Source of the DNA: Cyanophora paradoxa CCMP329
Lineage: Eukaryota > Plantae > Glaucophyta
Reading direction: 5' to 3'
Length of the DNA stretch: 64,000 nucleotides
Assembly (NCBI GenBank): GCA_004431415.1
Contig: QPMI01000655.1
Coordinates: 124,001-188,000, forward strand
Numbering within the stretch: position 1 is the stretch's first letter; every line of letters begins with the position of its first letter. A model generated the notes under the pieces. That model made no database searches. It saw only the letters and a list, made by a program, of their open reading frames with translations, and had not been told where the DNA came from. Shown one piece after another: positions 1 through 12,707 of this stretch. The position numbers were made by a program, and so were the translations under genes.

Positions 1-620
1 GCAATGAGAAGCCGGACGCGCACAGCACGAAGCTCCTCACGGGAATGTACAGCGAATATGTAGAGTACACGACGACGAACAGGTGCGGGAGAGCGGCGGC
101 GCGGCAGCGGCGGCGGCGGCGTTGCTGAGGGAGGGCGCAGGTTGTACCACAACGGGGCGGACCCGAAGGCGGGCCTCCCGCCGACGAAGGGCAAGCGGGA
201 GGCGCTGCTGGAGCAGGAGATGCTCATGGCGGCGTCGCAGCGGGCGGCGCCGCAGCCGCCGGCGGGGGAGCACAGGACGGAGTACCGGGACACGATCGGG
301 CGGACGGGGGCGATGCGGCTCGGGGAGAACGGGGAGACGATGCGGGTGGACGGGACGGTGGTACCGGAGGCCCTCCACGCCGACTGGCGGCAGTCCAAGC
401 TCTACACCGAGAAGCCCATCACGGTGCGCGAGGCCCAGCGCCCCGCCGCCCCTCCCCTCGCTCACAGAGGGCGCAGGTGTACACGCACAACCCGCGGAGG
501 GCGACGGGGCGGGCGGCGTCGGTGCCCCCGGGCGACCCGCAGGCGGTCAGCTTCGCCAAGGACCACTCGTTCAGCACGCCCGTGCAGGAGTACACCAAGG
601 GGCCCGTCAAGATCGAGTAG
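1..620 (+). CDS. SPAG8: SPAG8/FAP143-like microtubule inner protein, 3' part (5' end outside window)
   Basis: Splicing out introns ~83-139 and ~424-477 gives ...TKGKREALLEQEM...YTEKPITVYT...FAKDHSFSTPVQEYTKGPVKIE*. This matches recalled SPAG8 motifs GKREAMLE, PITFW and FRKNCSFSTPV. Confidence 0.7.
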
Positions 621-701
621 GGCGGGGCAGCGGTAGCTCTAGCGGTAGCGGCGGCAGCGCCAGTGTACAAGTACGAGCAGCAGGCAGGGGCAGGCAGGCG
701 T

Positions 702-2818
702 CTACTTCATGCGGGAGCAGAGATCGAAGAAGGCGTCGGGGGGCAGGGGCGAGGCCTGCGAGAGGGCGTAGTTCTCGGCGGCGTGAGCCGCGGACTTGTG
801 GCCGACGACGGGCCCGATGAAGGTCCGCCCCGGCACCGACCGCACGAACTGCAGGTGCTTCTGCGCCAGGCTCGCGTCGCGCGCCAGGCCCATCTCCTCC
901 CCGGGGGGGAACGGGTCGGGCCCCTCCAGCAGCCGCCCCTGGAAGAGCGGCTGCCGGGGCGGGGGCGTGAGGGGCGCGAGCGAAGCTGAGCTGGCGTGGA
1001 GGGCGGGGGCGGACGACGGAGGAGAAGACGTTGACGCCGAGGCGGTCGGCGGCCTCGAGGAGGGTGCACGCCTCGCCGCCCACGCGCTGCCAGGCCTCCG
1101 TCGCGGCCTCTGGCATCTCGGCGTTGAGGGGCAGCTGGAGGTAGCGGAAGCCGTGCCCGGGGCCCCCCGCCACCTCGAACGCCAGCAGCACCGCCTCCTC
1201 CAGCGACACGTGCGCCCCTGCGCCCCGCGAGGCGAGGATCGGCCCGGGGGCGAGCCCGCGAGGCGGCCCTCCGCACCGCCCTTGGACTTTTTCTTCGGGT
1301 CGGTGCGGAAGCAGTCCCACGTCGCCTGCCGGGGGCCCGCGTGAGCAGAGGAGGCGGGGCGGGCGGGGCGGAGGGGCGCGCCATGCCGTAGGAGCGGATG
1401 CGGCCGTCGGCGCGGGCGCCCTCCAGGAACTCGAAGGCCGCCCGCAGCCGCCCCTTGAACTCCTGCCGCCCCGGCCCCGCACTCAGCCGGCGAGGGCCAG
1501 GGCGCCGGCGGGGTTGCGGCGGGCGGGGCGCGCCTCGGGGCCCACGTCGGGGATCTGCGCCTCGGCGCAGTTGTGGAGGTACATCACGTCCACGCACTCC
1601 AGCTGCCAGCGCGAGCGCGCGTGAGACCGGGCGCAGCGGGCGGCGAGGCCGAGGCAAGACAGGCGGGGGGCGCCTGCAGGTTCGCGAGGGAGCGCGCGAG
1701 CTGGTCCTCCAGGAAGGCCGGGCTCATGCAGTGCGCCCCGCCTGCCGCCGCCGCGGCCCTCGGCGCAGGGCAAAGGGGAGGCGGCGGAGCGGGAGGCACC
1801 GGCGGCCAGGTCCCCCGCCTTTATGACGCCGGCCTCGACGAGGGAACTGGCGAACTCGCGCGGGGAGACGCCCGCCTCGCTGTCCCCCGGCATGTACCCG
1901 TTCTTCGTGCACACGAAGATCTCCTCCCGCTTGTAGCCCCGCGTGTCGATCAGGTCCCGCAGCGCCCGGCCCGTCGTCCGCTCCCCGCGCTGCGCCCCCG
2001 CGCGCGCCGCCCCGTCAGGCCCCCGACGAGGCGCGCGGGCGCCCCGCCCGACCCCGGCGAGCCTGCATGCGGTAGTTGATCGCCGTGTCGACGACGTTCA
2101 AACAGCCTGCGTGTCACGCCGATCACGGAAGCGCGGATCCGGACGCCGGTGCTCGCGGGCACCCGTGTCGACGCTCTTGACGATGGCGTTCTCGACCAGC
2201 GCGTCCGTCGCGTCGTCCATCTCGCCCAGGTACGTGCCCACCCCGAACGAAGAAAGCAGCAGCGATCTGCGCCGTCGCGGCGCGTGAGGCGCGCCCGGAG
2301 CGCGCGCCGCCTCGGCGACGAACGAACCCGCTGTCCTCCGTCGTCTGCCGGAAGTGCCCCTCGGCCGCGCCCATCACATCCTCTGCGCGGGAGCATTGAG
2401 CTCGATCTGAACGCGCGCTGCGCCGAGCTTGAGCTGAGGCGCACGGGAGAGGCTGCTGAATCGCCTGGTGCCAGCAGCGCTGCAGAATTTGTCGCCCAGG
2501 TTCGTTGCGAACGAGAGGTCCGGCATCATGCCATCCTCAATCGGAACCTGAGCGTGTGGGTGATCATGAGCGGTTTAGAGGTCGGGCAGCGCGGGCGTCA
2601 ACCTCCTCAAGGAACGTCAGCTCGTCGTCGAAATCGACCTCATCCTCTCCGCCGGCCGCCGCACGTACGGCGGCGACGGCCGCGCCTCGCTTCGCGGCGC
2701 GGCGCTCCGGCCTGGTACGCCGCAGCGGGCAGCTCGCGGCGGCCGCGCCGAACCGCAGCGCGCACGTCGACGGACCCCGCCGCTGCCCGAGGCCCGCTGG
2801 CGAGCACGAGAAGAGCAT
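702..2818 (-). CDS. Aldo-keto reductase family protein, probably plastid-targeted (multi-exon)
   Basis: Exons encode LGVGTYLG, LNVVDTAINYR, GERTTGRAL, REEIFVCTKNGY, VDVMYLHN, AFEFLEGARADGRIRSYG, YLQLPLN and LQFVRSVPG, all typical AKR motifs. The N-terminus MLFSCSP... is Ala/Arg/Ser-rich like a transit peptide; the start is tentative. Confidence 0.85.
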
Positions 2819-3316
2819 CGGCTAGCGCGCAACTCGAAACCCGATGCTTCCGCGTGCGTGCCGCGGCTGGTGCGCGTGCGAGCGGCTAGCTATAGATCTG
2901 TTTGCACAATCTGCGCACGAAGCACGCTCTACCCCTCTACACGCCAGCCCGGCCCAGCCGTGCATGCATGTGCATGCCTAGCTATAGGCCTTCAGCTACC
3001 GTAGCGCTGCTAGACTTGTAGTGGTGCGTGCTGCCCGGGGCGACCTAGAGCGCTAGCACCTAAAGCTAGTCACTCATACCAAGGCCCAGCCATAGTCCCA
3101 GCCGCTGAGCTAGAGAGTGTTACAACTAGCGCGCGCTGCCCCGGACGACCTGTCCAGGCCGGTCTTGGACCGCCTGCAGTTGCATGTGCCTTCGTCTTTG
3201 CATGTGCCTTCGTCTGGTCTCCCACGGCTTGAAACAAGGGGGCTGCGAAAAACTCGCACTACATCTGCCTGCGTCTTGCGTCGAAAAAAGCTGTGCCTCC
3301 GTCGAGGGCCGGCGCT

Positions 3317-4611
3317 TTAGCCCCTCGAGTGGTTGTCGTACTTGTCGGTGGCTGTGAACGCGCGCACGCACGCGGGTCAGGGCTACAACGAGGCGGCCGG
3401 GACGAGAGGGGGGGGGCGGACCCATGAGGATGCTCGGCTGGGGCTTGGAGTGCATGCGGTCGGCCTTGAGCCAGATCTTCTCGTGCTCGCGGCGGAGCGG
3501 CTCCTCCTCCCGGGCGTCTGGCATGTACTCCGGGAATCCCGAGAGGGTCATGTTGTACCCGATCCGCGCTGGATGAGATGGCCGGAAGGGCGGGAGCGGG
3601 GATGACCGCAGCGACGTGAGCCCCGGTCGCCTCGTGCCTGTCGCGCGCCGCCGGCCGCGTCAGCGAGAGCGCGGTACGCGGTGGGGCGGGGCCGGGGCCG
3701 GGGCCGGGGCGGACCGTCGGCCCAGGCGACGGAGTTGGGGTCGTTGATGTGCCCCGGCTGCTTCCGCGTGTCCTTCCACGCCCGAGACGGCTGCGCCACA
3801 GACTCTCAACGGCGGCGCCGAGCGGCCGGCGCAGGGGGCGCACGTGGCTGCTTGGCCTGAAGCCGTTGCCGTAGCCCGACACCCGGCTCCGCCGCTCCCG
3901 CTCCTGCCGCTCGTAGTCGTCCGGCTCGTACTTCGCGGGGCCGCTGAGCGTGCCGCCGCCGGGCTTGGTGCGCATGTTGCCGGGCTCGTGCTGGGGCGGA
4001 CGCCGGCCCCCGTCGTAGATCCTGTAGCTCTCGCCGTTCCTCCCCGGGATGGCGACGACGCTGCCCTGGTCGGGGATGTGGGGGTACCGCGGCCCGAACT
4101 CCCCGCCGTGCGGGCGCCCCCGCATGAACGGCGGCTCCGCGCGCTCCTTCGGCCCCTGCATCGCGGGCGGCTCCCCCTGCGGCCCCCGCGTCGGCCCCCG
4201 GCCCCGCCGCACCGCGCGCGCCCCGCGGAAATGCTCGGCACCTCGTAGAGCCGGCGGAAGGGGGAGAGGCCCTTGTGCGTCTGGCCCTTCCTGGGCGGCC
4301 CCGTCTGGAACTGCTTCCCCTTGTTCCTCGAGAAGTTCGCCGTGGCGCCCCCGACCTGCGGGTCCACGTACAGCTCCGGCCACAGGTACGGGTCGCTGCG
4401 CAGCGGTCAGAGCCGGGGAGGCAAGCGACGGGCCGCGCTGAGCAGCGCTCGAGCAGTGCGCACTGAAAGAGCCCTACTCGTCTCAGGTCGTCAGAATAGG
4501 GCTCTTTACCTCCATCTAGCGTCTTCATCTCTAAGGTCTGCGGTGAAGGGCGCGGTCACGCGGGGTGCGAGAGCAGTCAAGGGGTGGCACACGCATCCAT
4601 ACCTTGTACAT
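3317..4611 (-). CDS. CFAP96/C4orf47 (DUF4586)-like cilia-associated protein (multi-exon)
   Basis: MYK^TLEMK...DLRRVGLF, GKQFQTGPPRKG, FRRLYEGE, NMRTKPG, YEPDDYE, TLSGFPEYMPD, SKPQPSILM resemble C4orf47 motifs (DMERIGLF, FVRIFEGE, SRPVESIM). Confidence 0.65.
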
Positions 4612-5724
4612 GTTTTCGTCAATAGGCGGTTGCGCCCACGTTTTCACTGAAAGATCCGCATGCGTGTGCTGAGAGACGGCACTGTGGTCAGCGCAGATGC
4701 GTAGCTAGGGCATGCCTCCCGAACGGCACAATTTGGTCGCTCGGAGCTAGAAAAGGACCTCACGGCGCACCTTGCTCTGGTGATAGGAGCCGCTTAGGTT
4801 GTGCGCTGACATGCTCTGCATCGGCACCGCCTGGTACGGCGCCGAGCTCACTGTTGCTGTCGCCATCCTGCCCCAGCGCGGTACTGGCTACGGTCCTACC
4901 ACTACTTCCAGCGCTGAAGGGTGTATAGCTAGCAAAGGAGCACGCTCTGAAGAAAGGATGCCTGGCGTTCTGTGAATACTAGTAGCCTCGGAATAGGATG
5001 TCTGGGGGTACGTCGTATTGGCCAACCTAGCTCTACGCATGTGTGCCGCCGCCCGGCATGCGCATGCGCATGCACAGCCGGCGCGCGCCGCCGCGGGCAC
5101 GGTGGTTCCGGCGTCGCAGCGCTTGCGTCTGAAATACGCCGCCGACAAGTCGTCAGATGTTAACGTTGTCGGTCGCGTACGCGTCTGAAATGCGCGATAT
5201 CGATCCGGACTTGACCGTGTGACGCGTACGAGAGCCGCTAGCGCTGCGGCGCAAGGGCTGAAGCTGTTCGACTAGCAGTGAGCCGCCGATCGAGTCCAAG
5301 CCTTTGAAGGGTCGTCGGATATATATATAAAGCGCTAGCTGCAGCGCCGGCGCCCGGCGCTCGCGCTGGCGCCGGCCAGGCACGGCGCCGCAGCGGCTCT
5401 CGTAAGGTCGTCATGATCAATTGCAACCTCGACGTCGTGAGTGCACGTGCGCCGGGCCGGCCTGCTGCAGCTGCTTCGAGGCCCACGATCAATTGCGATT
5501 GCAAATTGATAGCTTTAGCACTACACGCGTACGCTAGCGCTAGCGCTGGCTCAGTCAAACACGAGGAAAAAATGCCCTAGATATCTGGTCTCATAAGCGC
5601 TACGAACGACAGAAAAAGTTACAGAAAAAGGCGCTCGCGGATACGAAGAAAGCGTGATCAAGCACAAGAGTGGAGAGGGTCGACCTGGCCCAGTGGTGGA
5701 GCGGGCCCTCCGCAGCTGGCGCCG

Positions 5725-6861
5725 CTAGAAGCGGATCTCCTGCTGGGCGAGGCCCTGGCGGATGAGGCGGGCGTGTGCGGTGCTGGCGCGGTAGGCCTCG
5801 CGGCCGCGGAGGTCGTAGAGGGGCGCGGGGGAGGATGAGCGCCCCTCGAGCTCGCGCTCGAGGGAGAGGACGAGGGTGCGGCCCTTGTGCCGCGACGTCT
5901 CGTGCTCCTGTGCGATCTGCTGGTCCACCGCCGCCATCCCCCGCTTCAGCGCCTTGCTCTCCGGCCGCAGCTTCAGCCCTGCCGCGCCGCCCTCAGCCGC
6001 CACCCGCGCGCGCGTTCGGATCGAACCGAAGGCGAGCGCACCCCGCAGGAGGTAGATCTTCGCCATGTTCACTTTGCCGAGGGCCGCCAAGACCTGCGGC
6101 GGGACCCGGTTTGGGATTTGCGAGACAGGACAACGCGAGGGCCTTAAGCTGCTGCGCAGGCCGCGGAGGGCGGCGCCCTCACCTCCGCCATCGCCAGCAG
6201 GCCCTGCCGAGCCGCGGTTCAGTCTTTTGCGGCGAGCGCGAGCTTTCAAGCGCGCACTGGTATGTAGTCCTTGTCGCCCGCCAGAAGAGCCTCCGCGTCT
6301 GCTCGCGCCTGCGCCGCGCCCTGTCAGGCGCCGCGGACCGCCTGGATTGAGCGCTCGCGGCACCCGGACGCGCACCCGAATGAGGTCGCCGATCTTCATG
6401 TGGCAGCGAAAGCGCCCCAGCAAAGCCGCCTGGTCTCCCGGCCTCACACGCAGCGCCTGGGTGTACTGAACAATAGCCGAGCCAAACGCATCCCGCTTTA
6501 ACGCTTGCTTGGCTTCGATCATCCACATAGAAAAAATATCAGAGACCTCGGCCACCCTGCCGCCTCCAGAGATGTACATCTGCCAGAAACGTTAAGATGT
6601 CGAGGTGCTTCTGAGCAGCTGGCGCACCTCAGGCGAAAATGGGTTGCTGCGACGTGTGGAGAAGGCAGGGACGAGAGATTGTGGTCTGTTCGTGCTAAGA
6701 GGCCTGGCATCGGACTGCGCGGTCGAGTCTAGCCAACGCGACGATACCAGCGACTGGGCGTAGAGTCAGAAAGCACACGCGCTCGTGCTACTGTTAATCT
6801 TACGAACCTGCTTGCCAGTCAACGCTGCTAGGGACAGCGCGGGGACGCCCTCGCGCGGCAT
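5725..6861 (-). CDS. TPR protein similar to the N-terminal TPR block of TTC25/ODAD4 (short form)
   Basis: AIVQYTQALRVRPGDQAALLGRFRCHMKIGDL...ADAEALL...GLLAMAEVL...YLLRGLKLRPESKALKRG aligns with TTC25 (LVARSKCFLKMGDL...DAEASL...YHRGYKLRP). An ATG at 6861 joins in frame through two introns. Confidence 0.65.
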
Positions 6862-7163
6862 AACGCCTCCGCCTCGCGGCGGAGCCTATCAGTGGCTAAA
6901 GGCGGCCTAGTGCTGGCGTGCTCCTGGCTGGGATCTCAGCTGCAGCGGCAGGCCAAATCGCACAATTTTTTTGGCGGTCCGCGGGGGTACGGCTCGACCG
7001 ACTCCATTCAGGAGCGCGGATCGGCCGACAGACTCGGCGGGGCCTGCAGCTGCTGCTCGGCGGCACGCGGCTTCAGTTCGGCTGCTGGTCGGCGGCACGC
7101 GGCTTCAGGTGGCGTTCGCATCTGGTTCAGGGAAGAGCAAGCAGTTCACCCGCCGTCCTCACG

Positions 7164-9029
7164 ATGCTGATGCAGCCCCTCGCCTTCGCTTCGCCTGCGG
7201 TGTCACAGACAGGCTCTTCCTCGTTCGACGTCCACGGTGCCGCCGATTGGCGCGCCCGGTCGGCTACCTGTGCCGCCGTGCACTCCCCGTCGGCTTCCTT
7301 CGCCGGCGCCGCGGTCGGCCGGCGGCCGCCGTGGTTCGGTCGTCAGTTGAAAAGCAATGAAGGCCGCAAGTTTGCCGCGGCCGCGCCGCCGGCGTTTTCT
7401 GGCGTCCAAGCTTCGACGCGCGAGCTGTTGTCTGGCCGCGAAATACGGCCCCGGGCGGCGGCTGCCATACTGCCGGTCCTATCCCGGCCTGATGCCGAGT
7501 TCGTTGAGCGACACGTCGGTGCCTGGCGGGCCTTCACGGTGCGTCGTATTCTGCACACGTGCCGCAGAGCGTCGCCCTCGTCCCCTGACAGCGCCCGCAG
7601 GATGCCGCTCTCTTCGCGCTCTTCGTCGAGCTTGGACTCCGCACCGAATACGCTCTCCTGTGCAACATCGGCCTTCCCCTCTGGACAGAGGGAATTCCCT
7701 GGCCGATCGCAAACGCTTTGCTCCACCTTCCCGCGTCGCCGATCGCTCTCTCGGGGTTGGGAGAGGTTCTTTTCTGGGCGAGCCTCATTGCCGGCGCGGA
7801 GCTGGGTCTCCAGGTTCGAACACAATCGGCGACACTGCCTTCCCTCAGCGCTGACCGCTTTCTTTTCCACCCTGCAGTTCACGCTGAATTTTCGAAAGCG
7901 GTCCGTCTCGACCGCGGATTTTTTTCTTTTCTTTTCTTTCTTTCTTTCTTTGATTCTCGACCAGACTCAATCTGCCGGCGTTCGGGCGCGGGGTGGCGGA
8001 AGCGGCGAAGGCGGCGGGGGGGTCGGTGGACGCGGACGCGGCGCGGGCGGAGGCGGAGGCCTTCCTCTCGGCGCTCGTGAGCGACGTGGAGGACGCCGAG
8101 GCCGCCGCCCTCGAGGCCGAGTTCGAGGAGGAGGCGCGGCGCCGCCGCCGCATCCTGTGCCGCGGCCGCTGACGGCGGGGGCGCGCAGCCAACGGCGGAG
8201 GAGGTGCACGAGATGCTGAGCTGGATGGCGTCCATGGAGAGCCAGGAGTCGTCCGGCGCCGTCGACCTCGTCTGGCACCTCGCACGCTCCGACGACCGGC
8301 CCGCCCCGCCCCGCCCCGCCCCGCCCCCGGCAGGGCCGGCGCGGCTGACGGTGCGGGCGCGGCAGTGCGATCCGGGAGGCGACGGCGGACAGCCTGGGGG
8401 ACTTTGCGTGCGCGAGCAACGGGTGGCTGGCGGCGCTGGAGCACCTCGCGCGGGACGAGGACCCCGACGTGCGCCTCGCGGCCGTCATCTCCCTCGCCCG
8501 CGCCAAAGACGCCGGCCTCCTCCGCCCCGCCGAGGGCATGGTCCGCCCGCCCCCCGCCCTGCCCCCCCAACCTGGACCCCCGAGGACCCCCTTCGCCCTC
8601 CCTCCCGCCGACGCTCCCCCGCAGGCCTTCCTCCGCGCGTACCGCCGCCAGCCGCCTGCGACGGCGCCGGAGGAGGGCGCCGAGGGCTCGAACCAGCCGC
8701 AGGCGTCGGCGGGGGCGGGGGCGGAGAAGCGGGGCCGGCGGGCGATGCTGCTCGTGCGGCGGCTGGGGACGCGGGTGGAGCTGGAGGTGGAGACGCTGAC
8801 GCCGCTGCAGTCGTTCGTGGCGATGCTCGCCGGGGGCGCCGTGGCGATGGCCGTCGAGCTCGGCTGCATCTACCACCAGTTCGACTCCCCGCTCCGCTTC
8901 CTCGCCCTCGGATACGTCCTCGGCGCCTCCGTGCTCCTTTTCCCCGACGACCACCCCGCCTGGCGCCTCCTCCGCGCCTGGCGCCACAAGCGGCCCGCCC
9001 CCGCCCCCGCCCCCGCCACCTCATCATGA
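7164..9029 (+). CDS. Putative plastid-targeted HEAT-repeat protein with two C-terminal transmembrane helices
   Basis: N-terminus MLMQPLAFASP...SASFAG...FGRQL...RKFAAAAP is transit-peptide-like. HEAT-like repeats HLARSDD..IREATADSLG and EHLARDEDPDVRLAAVISLA. Hydrophobic segments SFVAMLAGGAVAMAVELG and FLALGYVLGASVLLF. Confidence 0.6.
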
Positions 9030-9811
9030 GGCGACCTCTACATCTCCACCCCAGCTGCAGGTTTGCCGTCCCAGGACGCTGCGTGCTTTTTCCTTTCTTT
9101 CAGCGGTAGGTTCGCTTGCGGGCCGACCTTTTCCTAGTCGTTCTCGTTGCAGGACCGTTGTCCGATGCTCGGTCTCGAGAGTCGCGAGCTCTTTTTCGCA
9201 GTGCATCCGCGCCAGATGCGCCGCGCCCTGTACTTGTATAGTTCCGGTTTTCAAAGTACTACGGTAGTCTTCTTCATGTCGTGGGATACATCGGATTTCG
9301 TAGGTGCAGGCAGGTTAAGATTGTGGGTAGCCTCCCGAGGCAGGATTAGCGTGCGAGTCACTCGCTGTTCCATAGCTGTATCTCCATCTCTCTCACAGCA
9401 GATCCTATACGTAAGTATTTGCGGCAGTTCGTCCGCTAAACTCAGGCAAATGCATATTCGAATTCAACGATTAGCTAATCATGCCATGCTGATGGCCAGT
9501 ACTAGGAGGCCTAGGTCGGCATGAACTGGAAACTCAAGAGCAGACAAAAGGAAGCACTACGAGGCTCGTTCGGACTATTTCAAACTTGAATCCCTGCTTG
9601 CTGAATTCGCTCTTGATCAAAGCTGAGATAAGTCCGACGGTCCGACGGTCACCAGAACTCGGAAGATTGAAAATATTGCACAGGAAAATAATATTCAATA
9701 TTACTAGTCACACTGAGTACTAGGCTATGATGATTGGAGCCACTGGGCTACCGTAGTACAGAAAAGGGAGCAATCTGACTCCACTCGAGCTCGAGACGAA
9801 ATTGAAGGGGC

Positions 9812-12707
9812 TCAGGCGAGATGGGTGTAGGAGGCGTGGTGGAAGTCGGCCCCGGCGGGGCCGTGGTCGAGAGAGAAGTCGAGACCGAGGCCCAGGTCCC
9901 CCTCGACGCCCTGCGAGGGGGACGAGCAGGGGGCGCCCAGCGGCTCAGCGCCCCGACTCGGCGAGCGGGGACGGAGCGGGGCCGGGGGCGGACGGCGTGG
10001 TGCTCGTCGAGGGCGGGGCCGCCCAGCCCGAGGCCGAGGCCCTCGGCGGCCGGCCCCTCGGCAGCCCCGGCGCCGCTGTAGGCCTCCAGGGCGGCGCCGC
10101 CGGGGGCGCCTCGGCGGCCTCGCGCGCGAGGGCGGCGTCCGTGGCGGCGTCGGGGCGTCGGGGGCGTCGGCGGGCGCCCCGGGCCCCGCCTCCGCGGCGT
10201 ACTTGTCGACGATGGAGCGGAGGGCCTCCTCGGAGACCACCGCCCGCGCCTCCTCCAGCCGCCCCTGCAGCCCGCCCCCACAGCCCGGCGTCAGCGCGCC
10301 CAGGGGCAAGCCGAGCTCAGCGCACGTTCCGCCCGCCCCCGTTGTCGTTGCCCTGGTCGCCGCCGCCCTGCTGGTCGTCCTGCTGGTCACCGCCGCCTTG
10401 CCCCTGATCTTGCCCCTGATCTTGCCCTTGCTCCTGCCCCTGATCTTGCCCTTGCTCCTGTCCCTGCTCCTGTCCTTGCTCCTGCCCCTGATCTTGCCCT
10501 TGCTCCTGTCCCTGCTCCTGCCCTTGCTCCTGCCCCTGATCCTGCCCTTGCTCCCGCCCTTGCTCCTGCCCTTGCTCCTGCTCCTGTCCTTCAGCCGGCG
10601 GGGCTTCCTCGGGTGGGGTCTGCTCGGGTGCGGGGGTCTCCTCAGCGGGTGCGGCCTCCTGCGGCTGCTCCTCGGCGGTCGGGGCCTCGACGGGCGCCTC
10701 TTCCTGCTGCGCATCCTGCCCCTGCTCCTGCCCGTCGCTCGGCGGGGCCTCCTCCGCCGGAGGCGCCTCTTCAGCCGGCGGGGCCTCCTCGCCGGGCGGG
10801 GCCTCCTCGGCCGGTGGGGCCTCTTCAGCCGGCGGGGCTTCCTCGGATGGGGTCTCCTGCCCCTGCTCCTGCCCCTGCTCCTGCCCCTGCTCCTGTCCTT
10901 GCTCCTGTCCTTGCTCCTGTCCTTGGTCTGGCCCTTGCTCCTGCTCCTGCTCGCCGTCCTGGCCAGCAATCTGTCGCGCCCGTGGGTGAGGCGAAGCGGC
11001 TAGGCCTGGGGCGGCGGGGTGGGGGAGCGCACGGCGCCCATCGCCTTGTCCATCGCCTGCTCCTTCAGGTCGTCCACGACCCCCTTCACGTGCTCCTTCG
11101 CCATCGTCTTCAGCTTCTGCGCGCCCCGTCAGCCGCCCGACGCCGACGACGCCAAGCTGAAGAAGACGACGACCGAAAACGCACCGTCACGCTCTTCTTC
11201 AGCTTGGCCTTCAGCTTCCCCTTCGCCTTGTTCAGCTGCTTCTTCAGTCCTTGTTTCAGCTTGGCCTTTAGCTTGCCCTTTGCCTTGTTCAGCTGCTTCT
11301 TGAGCTGCTTCTTTGCGTGCGTCTTCAGCTTCTTGAGGCCCCCCTTGGCGAACTTCTTGAGGCCGCCCTGTGATGGAAGCAAGTGTGGGCGAAGCTGTGG
11401 CGCAGGCATCTCATGATCTCGCGTTGCGCAGCCACCTTCGCAAACTTCTTGAGGCCACCCTTGGCGAGCTTCTTCAGAGCCGTTTTCCCGACCTTGCCGA
11501 GGGCCTTTTTGGCGAGCTTTTTCCCCATCTTTTTGGCGGCGTGCTTCCCGACGTGCTGCTCCCCGGCCCCGGCGGTCAGAGGCCGGGGCGGGCGGGGCGG
11601 GGCGGCGGCAGGCGGGGGCGAGGTCGCCCTGCACCTTGAGGCCTGCACGGAGACGGCACGGGGCGGCAAGGTCAGTGGGCGCGGGAATCACGGAGGCAGG
11701 GGCGCCCGGAGCCGACGGACCTTGCTTTAGCGCGTACTTCCCGACGCCCTGCGGGGTACGCGTCAACGCTGCGGCGGCGCGGAGGGGCGGGGCGGGGCGG
11801 GGCGGGGCAAGCCTTCGCAAGTCCCCCCGGACCGAAGTTCGAGGCCAAGTCGAGCCCGCTGAGCGCCATCCCCTGCCCCGCAGAGCGGCGTCACTTTCAA
11901 AGGCTCTCGAGTAGGCGCGAGGGGCGGCCCGGGGAGGAGGGGGAGGGGAAAGGGGTGGGGGGGGTGGGGGGGGGGGGCGGGGCGGAGCCGGGGGAGGAGG
12001 AAGGAGGAGGGGGCGTGGGGTGGAGGGGGGGGAGGGGGAGGCTATGAGCCGCGCCCTCGACGTCACCGCCGGCGCACCTTGATGTCGCCCTTGATGGCCG
12101 CCTTGACGAAGGTCTGGCCGGATTTGACTGCGCGCGGTAGGGTGTCAGAGTCCGAACGGGTAGCGCGGCGCGGCGCCAGCGCCGGCGGGCCCCGCTCGGC
12201 GCACGCACCGACATCTCCGACGATGGGGATCTTGGTCGCTGCGGGGCCAGTGTGAGCCCGCTCGGCCAGAGAGTGCGCGGCGTTCACAGGTGCGGAAAGG
12301 AGGGGCTGGGGACCGAATTTGAGGATCTTGCCTGCGAGAGGCAGGGAGGCGGGCGTCAGAGCGGGGGAGCGAGGGGACTCAAGGGGCCGGGCCAGCTTTG
12401 GTTGCTCACCGAAGCCGCCGCTCTTCGCGAATTTCTTGACCCCGCTGCCGACCGGCGGCCCGTCAGGCGCTTTCGACGCTCCGGCACGGGGCGGGCGGAG
12501 GCCCACCTCCCAATCTTCTTGAAGCCTTTCCCCACGCTCTTGAAGCCTTTCCCGATCTTTTTGAATTTCTTCAAACGTTGCTCGATTAGAGCGCGCAGCA
12601 CGTGTGCGCTTCGCCTCAGCAGATCTAGAGGCGGCTGCCCGGCCCGCTGCCGGCAGCCGCTCCGTGTCAGCGGGAGCTTCAGAACACCGCACCTTCCAGA
12701 ACCCCAT
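9812..12707 (-). CDS. Lys-rich amphipathic protein A: polybasic N-half, Q/G/E- and EEAPP-repeat acidic C-half, conserved DKYA/HH tail
   Basis: Spliced: MGFWKKFKKIGKGFKSVGKGFKKIG...KIPIVGDVVKSG...GGLKKFAKGGLKKFAK...KKQLNKAKGKLKAKLK...(QEQG)n...(EEAPPA)n...EEALRSIVDKYA...EAYS...DEHHA^GVEGDL...HHASYTHLA*. Splice sites are consistent; two small frameshifts in C runs near 10100-10170. Confidence 0.7.
10400..10950 (-). repeat. Coding tandem repeats: 12-nt CAGGAGCAAGGG-type units (QEQG/QDQG) and 18-nt EEAPPA units
   Basis: Visible arrays such as cttgctcctgcc/cctgatcttgcc and ctcttcagccggcggggc on the + strand. Confidence 0.9.

Noticed and set aside
4650-5700. Gene or RNA in the ~1 kb spacer (GCTAGC- and TA-rich words, small hairpin)
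   Set aside because: No coherent exon chain, tRNA or snRNA signature found.
10400-10950. CRISPR-like array
   Set aside because: Contiguous coding tandem repeats with no unique spacers, in a eukaryotic context with no cas genes.
10203-11003. Leu/Pro-rich 'membrane protein' ORF on the + strand
   Set aside because: It is the antisense reading of the QEQG repeats of protein A.
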